Of a stretch of DNA of 64,000 bases, positions 33,546 to 43,648 are shown piece by piece. Position 1 is the first letter of the stretch. Each line of letters begins with the position of its first letter. The stretch is from Deltaproteobacteria bacterium (lineage in GTDB: Bacteria > JAGRBM01 > JAHCIT01). Under the pieces are notes generated by a model, which saw nothing but the letters and a program-made list of their open reading frames with translations, searched no databases and was not told where the DNA came from. Location of the stretch: the NCBI GenBank assembly GCA_026129095.1, contig JAHCIT010000009.1, positions 1-64,000 of the forward strand. The letters run 5' to 3'. Made by a program: the position numbers and the translations under genes.

Positions 33546-34733
33546 CTAGATTGCGCCTTCACCGCGTAGCCGGTCCACGTCGGTCTTGCCATAACCAAGT
33601 CCGGTCAGCACCGCGACGGTGTGCTCACCAAGCCCTGGTGCCGGGCGCTGATGCGTTGCCGGGGTTTCCGAAAGCTGGAACCCAAGTGCCGGATGCCGGA
33701 GCGGCTCACCCGCCGAATTAGGTGCTGTATAAACCATTCTGCTCGCAGCGATCTGGGGGTCTTCACCCGACTCCTTCACTGACTGGACCGGTCCAAAGCA
33801 GATATCTTCATCCTCCAGGAGTCCGAGCCAGTGCGCGGACGGCTTCGAAAGGAAAAGCTCGGTCACTTCCTTCTTCAGTTTTTCATTGACGGGCAGCTCT
33901 TCGGAAAGGTGGACAGCAATCCACTCTGGATGCCCTACGCGATTGCAGAAGTTTTCCCAGAACTTCGCTTCCAACGCGCCCAGCGTCACATACCGGCCGT
34001 CACCGCAACGGTACACACCATAGCAGGCATAGCGGCCCGTCAGGTTTGTATCCCCACGGTGAATCTCCTGGCCGGGACGATCCATCTGCTCGGCCCAATG
34101 AAGCAGATTGAGGGAAAACGATGCCTGCATCATCCCGACGTCAACGAACTGGCCCTTGCCGGTCCGGTCACGGGCCCGGAGGGCTGCCAGTATCCCCACG
34201 ACCCCTTGCAGAGCGCCTCCTGCCAGATCGGCGACCTGTGTGCCAATAAGGGATGGCGTCCCGTCCTTCGGGCCGGTCATGTCGATAATCCCCGCATAGC
34301 CCAGATAGTTGAGGTCATGTCCAGGGCGGTTGCGATAGGGGCCTTCCTGGCCATAACCGGTAATGGCGCAATAGATGATCTTCGGATTCAGGGCCCGAAG
34401 CGTTTCATATCCCACGCCCAGGCGATCCATGACGCCGGGGCGAAAACTTTCCAGAACGACATCGGCGTCTGCACAAAGCTTCTTCAGTATCTCCCGGCCG
34501 GCTGACGTCTTCAGGTTGAGCGTCATTGACCGCTTGTTGCGATTAAGGATTTCAAACGAGGTGCGTAACTTTCCACCCTTCTTGAACCCCTGGTAGCGGG
34601 AATAGTCTCCCGTACCCGGTTCTTCGATCTTGATGACATCAGCCCCCAGATCAGCAAGCACCATCGAACAGTACGGTCCTGGCAGAAGCCGGGACAAATC
34701 AATGACTTTCAGTCCTTCAAGCGCGTTGGACAT
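33546..34733 (-). CDS. CaiB/BaiF family (class III) CoA transferase
   Basis: LEGLKVIDLSRLLPGP, LADLGADVIKIE, NRNKRS, GHDLNY and APGLGEHT. Confidence 0.93.
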   Translation of the reverse strand: MSNALEGLKVIDLSRLLPGPYCSMVLADLGADVIKIEEPGTGDYSRYQGFKKGGKLRTSFEILNRNKRSMTLNLKTSAGREILKKLCADADVVLESFRPGVMDRLGVGYETLRALNPKIIYCAITGYGQEGPYRNRPGHDLNYLGYAGIIDMTGPKDGTPSLIGTQVADLAGGALQGVVGILAALRARDRTGKGQFVDVGMMQASFSLNLLHWAEQMDRPGQEIHRGDTNLTGRYACYGVYRCGDGRYVTLGALEAKFWENFCNRVGHPEWIAVHLSEELPVNEKLKKEVTELFLSKPSAHWLGLLEDEDICFGPVQSVKESGEDPQIAASRMVYTAPNSAGEPLRHPALGFQLSETPATHQRPAPGLGEHTVAVLTGLGYGKTDVDRLRGEGAI

Positions 34734-34737
34734 CCCC

Positions 34738-36498
34738 TTATTTCTCCCTAAAGAGCCCCCGGGGATCGAACAGCCTGAGCAGCGCGATCTCCTCCGTAGT
34801 GGCCGGTTCCAGCTCCCTCAGTTCGGGATGCCGTTTCAGTGTCCAGCCGAAGGACGGCTCGATATCGGCGGCAATATCAGCGCCCCTGGCTACACCCCAG
34901 AGCGCCAGTTCTCCATCCAGTTTCTTCAGCACGGCCTTATCGGTTGCCACATATTCCACGCGGCGGCCGGGGCTCGTGACGTACGGAAGTTCCTTCACAA
35001 ACCGGTTTTTGGCCAGCACTGTCACGACTACGGTAGCTTCCGCGCCGCTTGCAACGTCGTTTGCGCCGCCTGAACCGGTCAGCACGGCACCGTCAGCAAG
35101 CCGCGTCGAGTTCAGGTTACCGGCAGGATCAATCTGGGCAGCGGCCAGTGCACCAAGGCATTTCGATCCGCGTCCGGAGACCATCGTCCCGAGAATGTCC
35201 AGTATTCCACCTGTCAACGTGCAGGTGGGTGCATTACGGAAGTTGAACAGGAACGGGTCGGCCGGTCTCGGTGTGAAGCCGAAATATCCGAGTTCGGCCA
35301 TCAGGCTGACAGCGCCGCCATCCTGCCGGATAAAATACTCGGCAAGCCATGCGGCCAGGTTTGACGGCCCTACCCCGGCGAGAATGCTCTGATACCCTTC
35401 CGTGCGGATCAGGTCGCGCATAATCCGGGCACCGAACACGATGCCCTTTTCGGCTGGAGTAATCCCCTCTGATGGCGCCTTAAGCTCCGGGAGCCGGGCG
35501 TCGATCTCCGGTTTCCAGCTATCGGGCCGGGTATTTGTATAAATATAGTCGATCCGCTCACGCCCCAGCTTTTCCTGATAATCAGCGGGAGACTTGATTC
35601 CGTAAACCCACTTTTCGATCCATTCGTCGTAAACATCACGCCCCTTGCGGGCGGCAAGACGTGTTTCTTCCAGAAAAGGGTAATCGTCAGCGTACCCTCG
35701 TCCACCCGGATATCCGTGGCTCGGCATGCCTTTCGGATGGCAGCCCAGCGGGAAATCGACCACCGCCAGCACCTTGTGGGCTGGAATAAATACGTGGTCG
35801 CTGTAACGCCGGATTTCTTCGGTCGGGACGATCTTTTCCGCCCCCACGATGACGCCCTTGCTGGCTGCCTGTGCCCCCCACGGTCCTTCGCCCAGGGGAA
35901 AAGAAAGAATGACATTCCCGGCTGCATCGGCGGCAATGGCCTGAACGAAGGATATTTCCGGTACCAGCGCCGGGATCAGGGTGATTTTCTCGCCGGGACG
36001 ATCCGGGTCTTCAATCACCCGGACACCGGTATTTTTCTCCATCGAACTTCCGGCGATCGACCGGGTAACGGTATGCGAGAGCCCTTGCGCTCCCGCCCAT
36101 AGGCGCTGGCTGTAGCTCAGCAGGGACCAGTGTTCGATTTCGATACTGTGTTTTTTTATGGCTTCACGGGCGATGGGGTTTGGGCCCGGAACAGGATAGG
36201 TATCCCCTACGAATGTCGTAACCAGCTTCCGGTACAACCCCGCATCGAGCGAGGCGATCGCCGTGTCGCTGACCGATGCCTGCAGCATCGTAAAATCCGG
36301 TTTCCGGCCCCGGAACACCCGGGCGACCGCGTTCATGAGCTGAAAGCCCCGGCCGTGGCCAGCCATGAAGTGCAGTGACGCTCCCGGCTCGACGAAGCGC
36401 TGAACGGCTTCCTCTGCGGTCATCAGCTTGCTGGCTCCCGCTTGCGCCGGAATAGTGAACCGTGACGCCAGCAGCGACTTGTATTCCATGAAATTCAT
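34738..36498 (-). CDS. Fused alpha/beta class I CoA transferase (GctA/GctB-like)
   Basis: N-half: AVQRFVEPG...ADAAGN...HP. C-half: MAELG, AQIDPAGNLNST, GSGGANDVAS and YVTSPG. Confidence 0.8.
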   Translation of the reverse strand: MNFMEYKSLLASRFTIPAQAGASKLMTAEEAVQRFVEPGASLHFMAGHGRGFQLMNAVARVFRGRKPDFTMLQASVSDTAIASLDAGLYRKLVTTFVGDTYPVPGPNPIAREAIKKHSIEIEHWSLLSYSQRLWAGAQGLSHTVTRSIAGSSMEKNTGVRVIEDPDRPGEKITLIPALVPEISFVQAIAADAAGNVILSFPLGEGPWGAQAASKGVIVGAEKIVPTEEIRRYSDHVFIPAHKVLAVVDFPLGCHPKGMPSHGYPGGRGYADDYPFLEETRLAARKGRDVYDEWIEKWVYGIKSPADYQEKLGRERIDYIYTNTRPDSWKPEIDARLPELKAPSEGITPAEKGIVFGARIMRDLIRTEGYQSILAGVGPSNLAAWLAEYFIRQDGGAVSLMAELGYFGFTPRPADPFLFNFRNAPTCTLTGGILDILGTMVSGRGSKCLGALAAAQIDPAGNLNSTRLADGAVLTGSGGANDVASGAEATVVVTVLAKNRFVKELPYVTSPGRRVEYVATDKAVLKKLDGELALWGVARGADIAADIEPSFGWTLKRHPELRELEPATTEEIALLRLFDPRGLFREK

Positions 36499-36607
36499 TA
36501 ACTCCGGGGCCGGTGCCTATAGCCGTTTACCCCATGCCTTTCGCGGGGTATAGTTGCGCGAACCGGATTTGACAGGCAAGGCAGGAACCAGAGCACTTGG
36601 CTCCATT

Positions 36608-37327
36608 ATGGGCATTTCCCGAATAAAAGAACGACTGTTCCCGCTCGCGGCAGGCATCGCGGTCGTGCTGGTGCTTGGCGCCTGCGGCGCCAAGACGCTC
36701 CCAAAAGACCTTTCGGATACCAACCGGTACGCGCAGCTTCGCCAGTCTCTCGCCAAGGGAGAAAAATACATCGTCCTGACCGAGGTGGAAGGGACCAATG
36801 TCAAGCATGGGAAGATCATTGGAGTTGTCGATGCGCCCATAGACCTCGTGTGGGCGGTAACAACCGATTACCGGAACCTCTCGAAGATCATGCCGGTGCT
36901 GGAGGACGTCCAGCTCACCGAAGCCAAAGGCCGGACGGTAGTGTACCAGATGAGGTTTGGCCTTACCGGCGTGCCGCTCAAATACAACGTCACGTCATCG
37001 TTCGTGCACTTTCCGGAAGCCTACCGCGTCGAGTGGACCTACATACGCGGAGATATCCGGAACACCTATGGAAGTTACTCGATGCGGCCGTTCGGGACCG
37101 ACCGGACGGAAGTCACCTTATCGATGCTGATGGACCTGTCCGGAACCGCAGTTGGGCCGTTTGCACAGACTGGCGCCGGCGTCGTGCTCCCGATGATGGC
37201 CGATCGCTTGCGGGAACTGGTAAAGTCAGATGTATACAAGCAGGGACCTCCGCCCCTGCCTGAATATGCCCGGAGGTCGAGCGCACCTCCGACCCCGATC
37301 GACATGCGATTCGCTGAATTTGACTGA
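36608..37327 (+). CDS. SRPBCC/START-fold lipoprotein
   Basis: LGAC lipobox; VDAPIDLVWAVTTDYRNLSKIMP cyclase/START pattern. Confidence 0.7.
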   Translation: MGISRIKERLFPLAAGIAVVLVLGACGAKTLPKDLSDTNRYAQLRQSLAKGEKYIVLTEVEGTNVKHGKIIGVVDAPIDLVWAVTTDYRNLSKIMPVLEDVQLTEAKGRTVVYQMRFGLTGVPLKYNVTSSFVHFPEAYRVEWTYIRGDIRNTYGSYSMRPFGTDRTEVTLSMLMDLSGTAVGPFAQTGAGVVLPMMADRLRELVKSDVYKQGPPPLPEYARRSSAPPTPIDMRFAEFD

Positions 37328-37359
37328 AATTTACCCGGAGCCCCGACGAGGAAACAAGC

Positions 37360-38136
37360 TTGCCAGCCGTAAGAAAAAAACTGGGTGAAATACTTATTAG
37401 CATGCAGGCCCTCACGGCCGACAAACTGGCCAAGGCGCTGGAAATGCAAAAGATCGGTCGGCAACCGATCGGCACGATCCTGATCCGGCGCGGCTTCTGC
37501 AAAAAAGCCGATGTGCTGACCGCCGTCGGCATGCAGATGGGATTGGAACCCGTAGACCTCGAGAATTTCATCCCGCCGCATAACGTTGCCGCATTCATTG
37601 ATTCACGGACCTGTGAGACCAATGGATGCATGATCGCGGAAATCGACGAAACAACCCGTCCCAAGAAAACCATCACATTCGCAGTTACCCACCTGACCGA
37701 TATGGCCATGGTGGATACGCTGGCCCGCAAACTGAATGCCGTGATCCGGCAGAAGGCTGCCCTTCATCACCAGATCGAGGAAGCGATCAAGAAGGTCTAC
37801 TACGCCCAGGATTTCGGTTACGACCTGTCATTTCATGAGAATTCCGGCGGTTTCCGGCATGTAAAAACAGCAGAAAAGGCACATGCCGGGCCGCCAGTGA
37901 TGGCGGCCTCACCGGCGCCTGATCCCAACGCCATGTCCCACCCTTTTGACGACGAACAGGCCCTTTCGTTCCGGCGGCCACGGGCTGCGGATACCGACAA
38001 GGAAATCGATGCCCTGCGCGAGCAGGTCAATACCCTTCAGATGCACCTCAACACCGTGATCCGTATTCTTGCCAAAAAGGGCCAGATTACACGCGAGGAA
38101 TTCGCGGCCGAGCTGGCCAAACTCTCCGGGCGATAA
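37360..38136 (+). CDS. MshEN (T2SSE_N) domain protein without ATPase
   Basis: KKLGEIL...LAKALEMQ...PIGTILIRRG tandem motifs; no Walker A. Confidence 0.75.
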   Translation: MPAVRKKLGEILISMQALTADKLAKALEMQKIGRQPIGTILIRRGFCKKADVLTAVGMQMGLEPVDLENFIPPHNVAAFIDSRTCETNGCMIAEIDETTRPKKTITFAVTHLTDMAMVDTLARKLNAVIRQKAALHHQIEEAIKKVYYAQDFGYDLSFHENSGGFRHVKTAEKAHAGPPVMAASPAPDPNAMSHPFDDEQALSFRRPRAADTDKEIDALREQVNTLQMHLNTVIRILAKKGQITREEFAAELAKLSGR

Positions 38137-38241
38137 TCACCGGCTTCCCCTTGCCTTGCGCCCGACAGGCCGCACCTTTAGACTCGCCACGCCCTGACTG
38201 GCAGGGCCAAACTGGAGCCTGCAGGTACACGCAGCTAGCAC

Positions 38242-39384
38242 ATGTCCCGCATACTGATCGCCATGTCCGGAGGCGTTGATTCCTCCGTAGCCGCCGCGCT
38301 GTTAAAGCGTGCGGGGCACGATGTCGTGGGTGTCACCATGCGCCTCACGGACACCAGCCCCACCCTGGTTCGGGGCGCCCATAGTTGCTGTGCTCCGGAA
38401 GATATCGAGGACGCCCGCCGGGTGGCCGATGCCATTGGAATCCCTTTTTTTGTGGTGAACTACCGTGAACGGTTCCGCGAGCAGGTCATCGACTATTTCG
38501 TCGATTCCTACGCCCGGGGGGAAACGCCCAATCCGTGCGCCAAGTGCAATGAGTACGTGAAGTTCGATGCATTGTGGGATCATGCCATGAAGCTCGGCTG
38601 CGAGATGCTTGCAACCGGACATTATGCCCGGATTACGCCGGATGGGCGGCTTGCCCGCGGCCATGATGCAGACAAGGACCAGAGCTACTTTCTTTTCACC
38701 CTGACCGCGGAGCAGATCGCCCGGACCCTGTTCCCGGTGGGTACACTGGCCAAGACCGAAGTCCGCCGGCTGGCTGCCGAGATGAATCTTCCCGTGGCGG
38801 TAAAGCCAGACTCCCAGGAAGTCTGTTTTGTTCCAGCCAACGATACACGTGGCTTTGTGTCGGATGAGCTACGGAAGAAGGCATCCTTGCTCGGGAAAGG
38901 CACCATCGAAACTGCCGATGGCCGCGTGATAGGTCATCATGACGGCATTCACCAGTTCACTGTCGGACAGCGCCGGGGGCTCGGAGTTTCCGGCACGGGC
39001 GATCCGGTGTTCGTGATCCGGATCGACCCGGAACTGAACCGCATCATCGTTGGAGATGACAGGGAAACCTACTCCCCGGACGCCTTGGTCCGGCTGTCGC
39101 GTCCGGATTTTTTCGAGCCCGGCTCGGAGTTCACCGCAAGTGTCCAGATTCGTCACCGCCACCACCCTGCAACTGCCCGTATCCAGGTTCATATGGATGC
39201 TAGCCATGCAACCGTATGGTTCGATGAGCCCCAGCGTGCCGTGACGCCGGGGCAGGCGGCGGTATTTTATGATGGCGACACTGTCATTGGCGGTGGCTGG
39301 ATCCAGAGGGCTCGTGCGATGGGTGCCCCTATTGGGCGCACGGAGCTCCGGCCGGCCGCTCTCCCACGGGACATTCATTCCTGA
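38242..39384 (+). CDS. mnmA: tRNA 2-thiouridylase MnmA
   Basis: AMSGGVDSS, TPNPC, ATGHYA, KDQSYFL, DSQEVCF and TPGQAAVFY. Confidence 0.97.
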   Translation: MSRILIAMSGGVDSSVAAALLKRAGHDVVGVTMRLTDTSPTLVRGAHSCCAPEDIEDARRVADAIGIPFFVVNYRERFREQVIDYFVDSYARGETPNPCAKCNEYVKFDALWDHAMKLGCEMLATGHYARITPDGRLARGHDADKDQSYFLFTLTAEQIARTLFPVGTLAKTEVRRLAAEMNLPVAVKPDSQEVCFVPANDTRGFVSDELRKKASLLGKGTIETADGRVIGHHDGIHQFTVGQRRGLGVSGTGDPVFVIRIDPELNRIIVGDDRETYSPDALVRLSRPDFFEPGSEFTASVQIRHRHHPATARIQVHMDASHATVWFDEPQRAVTPGQAAVFYDGDTVIGGGWIQRARAMGAPIGRTELRPAALPRDIHS

Positions 39385-40109
39385 TGAGCGATCTGCCTTC
39401 CGATACACTAAACGCCATTGAAACGGTGCTTGGACACAGGTTCCGGGATCCAGCTCACCTGGCTACCGCTCTCTCCCACACCTCCTGGGTACATGAAAGC
39501 CAGGCTGGCGATCCAGCACTTGCCTCCAACCAGCGGTATGAATTTCTTGGTGACGCCGTGCTCGGGCTCGTTGTTTCCGGAATCCTTCTGGAAAAATACC
39601 CCGAGGCCCGCGAAGGTGATCTATCGAAACTCCGCGCCCAGCTCGTCTGCATGCCTGCCCTCGCACGGCTTGCCCTTCACTGGAGCCTAGATACGCATAT
39701 ACGGCTTTCCGCTGGTGAAATACTCCAGGGCGGACGCAAGAAACCCTCTGTGCTTGCCGATGCCGCTGAAGCCCTCATTGCCGCAGTCTATCTGGATGGA
39801 GGGATTGGCGCCGTCACATCCGTCATCGAGCGGTCATGGCAGATTCTGTCAGGTCCGGCCGGCTCGATGGATCTTACGGACTGGAAAAGCCGGCTGCAGG
39901 AGTATGCCCAGAAGGGAGGGGGCACGCTTCCCGAATACCAGATTCTGTCCGCCGAAGGCCCCGACCACGCCAAGATTTTTACCATCAAATGCAGCGTCTC
40001 CGGACGGGACGCGACCGGTACCGGGCCGAGCAAGAAAGCCGCCGAACAGGACGCTGCACGTAAAGTCCTGCTGTCCCTGACCGACCAATCGAAGGACTGG
40101 GAGCTCTGA
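39384..40109 (+). CDS. rnc: Ribonuclease III
   Basis: NQRYEFLGDAVL, ADAAEALIAA and a dsRBD (DWKSRLQE...SKKAAEQDAA). Confidence 0.97.
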   Translation: MSDLPSDTLNAIETVLGHRFRDPAHLATALSHTSWVHESQAGDPALASNQRYEFLGDAVLGLVVSGILLEKYPEAREGDLSKLRAQLVCMPALARLALHWSLDTHIRLSAGEILQGGRKKPSVLADAAEALIAAVYLDGGIGAVTSVIERSWQILSGPAGSMDLTDWKSRLQEYAQKGGGTLPEYQILSAEGPDHAKIFTIKCSVSGRDATGTGPSKKAAEQDAARKVLLSLTDQSKDWEL

Positions 40110-40145
40110 ACCGATGCGGGCATTGACGGACCATGGAGGACACTC

Positions 40146-41069
40146 GTGAACGAAAAACCCTTCCACTCGGGTTACGTTGCCATCGCGGGTCGTCCCAATG
40201 CCGGGAAATCGACCTTGCTCAACCGGCTGCTTGAGCAACCACTCTCCCTTGTCACGGCAAAACCCCAGACGACCCGCCAACGGATACTGGGCATCTGTAA
40301 CGTTGAGCCATCGGAAGAACTCCCCGGCGGCGCACAGATTCTCTTCATTGATACTCCGGGACTGCACAAGCCCACGCAACCGCTCAACCGGTTTCTGGTC
40401 CGTGAAGCCCTGAGCGGGATCGAGGATTCCGATCTGATCCTTTACCTGCTGGATGGCCCCCGCGGGGTTACAGAAGACGACCGGTTCGCCTTTGGCGAAC
40501 TCAAGAAACGCAAACAGCCCAAATACCTGGTGATTAACAAGGTCGATCTGATCAAGCCCAAGGACCGGCTCCTTCCCTTTATTGAAGAGTTGTCTGCCCT
40601 TGGGTTGTTCGATGAGATCATCCCCATATCGGCCCGGAAGGATGCCGGCTTCACAAGGCTGAAAACCCTCGTCGCCCGGCAGATGCCGCCTGGCGAACCC
40701 TATTACCCCGCCGATCAGGTTACGGACCGCGATACGCGTTTTGTCACATCAGAATCTATTCGAGGTGCACTTTTCCGGCGTTTAGGCAAGGAACTTCCTT
40801 ATTCTGTTGCCGTTGAGGTAACGGACTACCACGAAAGCAGGAAACTGGACCGGATCCGGGCGGTCATTTACGTGGAGCGCGATTCCCAGAAGCGGATTGT
40901 GATCGGTGAAAAGGGTTCCATGGTCAAGGAAGTCGGCACCGAAGCCCGTAAATATCTGGAAAAACTGCTCGGGAAGAAAGTGTTTCTTGAGCTGGAAGTA
41001 AAGGTGCTGAAGGACTGGACTTCAGATCCACGGGCGCTCAAGCGCCTTGGCTATCATCAAGGTGGATAG
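40146..41069 (+). CDS. era: GTPase Era
   Basis: GRPNAGKST, QTTR, DTPG, NKVD and a KH domain (ELPYS). Confidence 0.97.
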   Translation: MNEKPFHSGYVAIAGRPNAGKSTLLNRLLEQPLSLVTAKPQTTRQRILGICNVEPSEELPGGAQILFIDTPGLHKPTQPLNRFLVREALSGIEDSDLILYLLDGPRGVTEDDRFAFGELKKRKQPKYLVINKVDLIKPKDRLLPFIEELSALGLFDEIIPISARKDAGFTRLKTLVARQMPPGEPYYPADQVTDRDTRFVTSESIRGALFRRLGKELPYSVAVEVTDYHESRKLDRIRAVIYVERDSQKRIVIGEKGSMVKEVGTEARKYLEKLLGKKVFLELEVKVLKDWTSDPRALKRLGYHQGG

Positions 41070-41090
41070 TTCTTTGAAGTAATCCTCATC

Positions 41091-42494
41091 ATGCCGAGAA
41101 AGAAAACCACAGCCTCTTCGCCGCCCACCCGCTGGCTGCCTTCGGCAGCCCGGCCAGTTGTTGCCATCGTGGGGCGCCCGAACGTCGGCAAATCGACTCT
41201 TTTCAACCGGCTGACACGGACACGACGGGCTCTCGTCCACGACCGGCCTGGTGTCACACGGGATCGCAACTACGGGATACTGCGTGAAGCCACCCGCGAA
41301 GCCGTACTCGTGGATACGGGAGGTTTTGAGGCAGATCCATCAAAAGACCGCCTTGTCTCCCGGGTTCGGGAGCAGGCACGGCTCGCCATTGAAGAGGCCA
41401 ATCTGGTCCTGTTTGTCATCGACGTTCAGGGCGGAGTTTCACCTGGCGACCGGGAAATCTTCCAGATGCTGCGGCAGAGCCACAAGCCCGTCTTCGTCGT
41501 GGTGAACAAGACCGATATCCGGTCGGTTACGCCCGAAGATGCCTATGAACTCGGTTGCGACGAGATCATTCCGGTCTCGGCCGAGCATGGCCGTGGCACG
41601 GGGGAACTCCTGGAAAAGATATGGGAAGCGATTCCCGACTGGTCCCCTCCCGAAATCCCCGATGGCACAGAGCGCCCGCTCGCCGTTGCCATCGTTGGAC
41701 GGCCGAATGTGGGCAAATCGACCCTTATCAACCGGATACTCGGCGAAGAGCGGCTCGTCGCATCCGATGTGGCTGGCACAACACGCGATACGATTGATAC
41801 CATCGTTGAACGTAACGGCAAGACCTATGTTTTCATTGATACCGCCGGTATTCGCCGCAAGGGACGAATCGGCGACCGGCTGGAGAAGTACAGTGTCATC
41901 AAGGCACTGGAATCCGTCTCCCGGTGTGATGTGGCCTGCGTGCTGATCGACTGCGGTGAAGGATTGACCGAGCAGGACATGAATGTGGCGGGACTCGTCG
42001 AGGAAGAATCTCGCGGCTGCGTGCTCGTTGCAAGCAAGTGGGATTTGCGCCCCAAGGGCGACAAGGAACGCAAGCAGTTTGAAAAGGATGTCCGGTATTT
42101 CCTGAAAGGTCTCCACTACGCCCCGCTTGTCGTCACGTCCAGCGTGACCGGGATGGGCTTTCCGGAACTGATGTCTGCAATTGATCGCGTAGGCGCGGCC
42201 TGCCGGAAACGTATTTCCACTGCCCAGCTCAACAAACTCCTTGAGGACATCAAGGCCGAGCGGTCGCTGTCGTCCCATAAGGGCCCACGCGTCAAGCTGA
42301 ACTACATCAGCCAGGTCCGTTCTTCACCGCCCACCTTTGTCATTTTCACCAACAATCCCGAGGGCATTCATTTTTCCGACAAGCGGTGGATAGCCAACCG
42401 GCTGCGCGACACGTTCGGGTTTGAAGGAGTGCCACTCAGGATTATCTACCGGCAGAAAGTGCGGAAGGACTATTCCCAGGGGCGTGGGGCATGA
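41091..42494 (+). CDS. der: Ribosome biogenesis GTPase Der (EngA)
   Basis: Two GRPNVGKST domains, GVTRDR, GTTRD, DTAGIRRK and a C-terminal KH-like domain. Confidence 0.97.
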   Translation: MPRKKTTASSPPTRWLPSAARPVVAIVGRPNVGKSTLFNRLTRTRRALVHDRPGVTRDRNYGILREATREAVLVDTGGFEADPSKDRLVSRVREQARLAIEEANLVLFVIDVQGGVSPGDREIFQMLRQSHKPVFVVVNKTDIRSVTPEDAYELGCDEIIPVSAEHGRGTGELLEKIWEAIPDWSPPEIPDGTERPLAVAIVGRPNVGKSTLINRILGEERLVASDVAGTTRDTIDTIVERNGKTYVFIDTAGIRRKGRIGDRLEKYSVIKALESVSRCDVACVLIDCGEGLTEQDMNVAGLVEEESRGCVLVASKWDLRPKGDKERKQFEKDVRYFLKGLHYAPLVVTSSVTGMGFPELMSAIDRVGAACRKRISTAQLNKLLEDIKAERSLSSHKGPRVKLNYISQVRSSPPTFVIFTNNPEGIHFSDKRWIANRLRDTFGFEGVPLRIIYRQKVRKDYSQGRGA

Positions 42495-43604
42495 CTACGC
42501 CCCACTGAGCTCCGGATCGAGGCGGGAGAGCACTTCCCAGGCCGGCGCATAGTCGGAATGCGAGACAAGATTTCGCTTCAAAAATCCCTGCAGCCTCGGA
42601 ATGAACGGCAGGTAAGCGGGGTTTTTCTTCACCCGATCAATATAAACGAACCGTCCCAGGGCCTTCATGTTTCGCTGAATCGCCTGGTCAACGAAAAGGC
42701 GGGAAAATTTCCGGTGATCCAACCTGTAGTGCCTGTCTGCTGTCGCCCGGGCTTCCGCATAAACGTCCACGAGCCGTGCCACCACATTCTCCGGCACTGT
42801 AACGTAGGCATCCCGAAGCAGTGAGGCGAGATCGTAGACGTCAGGCCCCATCAGCGAATCCTGAAAATCGATCACACCGATCCCACCTCCCTCCAAAACC
42901 ATCAGGTTCTTCGAATGATAGTCACGGTGGGTTAGGACCTGGGGTTCGGCAAAAAGCCGTGTCACGATTGGTTCAAATACATCCGCCAGAGCTTTCCGGT
43001 CAGCAGCGGACAGCTTTATCCCGAGACGGACCTCGATACCGTATTCGAGATAGTGGTCGAACTCCCACAAAAAAAGTTTTGGCGAAAACTGCTGATGGAA
43101 GCCGGTGCAATCTCCTATGGACCGGTCCGATCCCTTCGTGTGGTACCGGGCCATTTCGCGCACAGCTGTTTCATACGCCGCCAGCACATCAGGTGTAAAC
43201 CCCTTTGCTGTGGCTGCATAAAGACTGGTATCACCAAAATCCTCAATCAGCAGGTAACCCACTTCATCTGCCCGGAAATAGATAACCGGCACACGTACCC
43301 CGGCCACGAGAAGATGGCGGTCCATGGAACAGAATGGGTCTTCTCCAGGGCCATTGCCCTCGGTTGCCTCCTCTGACCCAAGGGGCCTGCCAACATTGTT
43401 CATCTGCATCAGAACGACTGTGCGAGGCACGTCGTCGTGCGGTTCCAGATGGATCCGGTAATACTTCCTGACGCTTGCATCCCCTTCGATGGGTGAAATC
43501 GCCCAAACACGCCAGCCGGGTGCAACATTTCCGGCCAGAAGATTCGCCACATCAGCAATGGGGGTTTCGGGCGTTATTCTTGCGACGGGATCCGGGAGTG
43601 GCAT
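42495..43604 (-). CDS. APH-family phosphotransferase, AmgK-like anomeric amino-sugar kinase
   Basis: GDASVRKYYR, EDFGD, HRDYHSKNLM, IDFQD, YDLASLLRD and QRNMKALGRF. Confidence 0.85.
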   Translation of the reverse strand: MPLPDPVARITPETPIADVANLLAGNVAPGWRVWAISPIEGDASVRKYYRIHLEPHDDVPRTVVLMQMNNVGRPLGSEEATEGNGPGEDPFCSMDRHLLVAGVRVPVIYFRADEVGYLLIEDFGDTSLYAATAKGFTPDVLAAYETAVREMARYHTKGSDRSIGDCTGFHQQFSPKLFLWEFDHYLEYGIEVRLGIKLSAADRKALADVFEPIVTRLFAEPQVLTHRDYHSKNLMVLEGGGIGVIDFQDSLMGPDVYDLASLLRDAYVTVPENVVARLVDVYAEARATADRHYRLDHRKFSRLFVDQAIQRNMKALGRFVYIDRVKKNPAYLPFIPRLQGFLKRNLVSHSDYAPAWEVLSRLDPELSGA

Positions 43605-43648
43605 AGAGCGGCAGTTAAAACCACCGGACGATGCACGGCAAGCCCTTA

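Noticed and set aside
34738-36498. Myxobacterial AibA/AibB decarboxylase assignment
   Set aside because: The protein is fused, appears to retain a Glu at the transferase catalytic position (MAELG), and no other aib/mvaS genes are adjacent.
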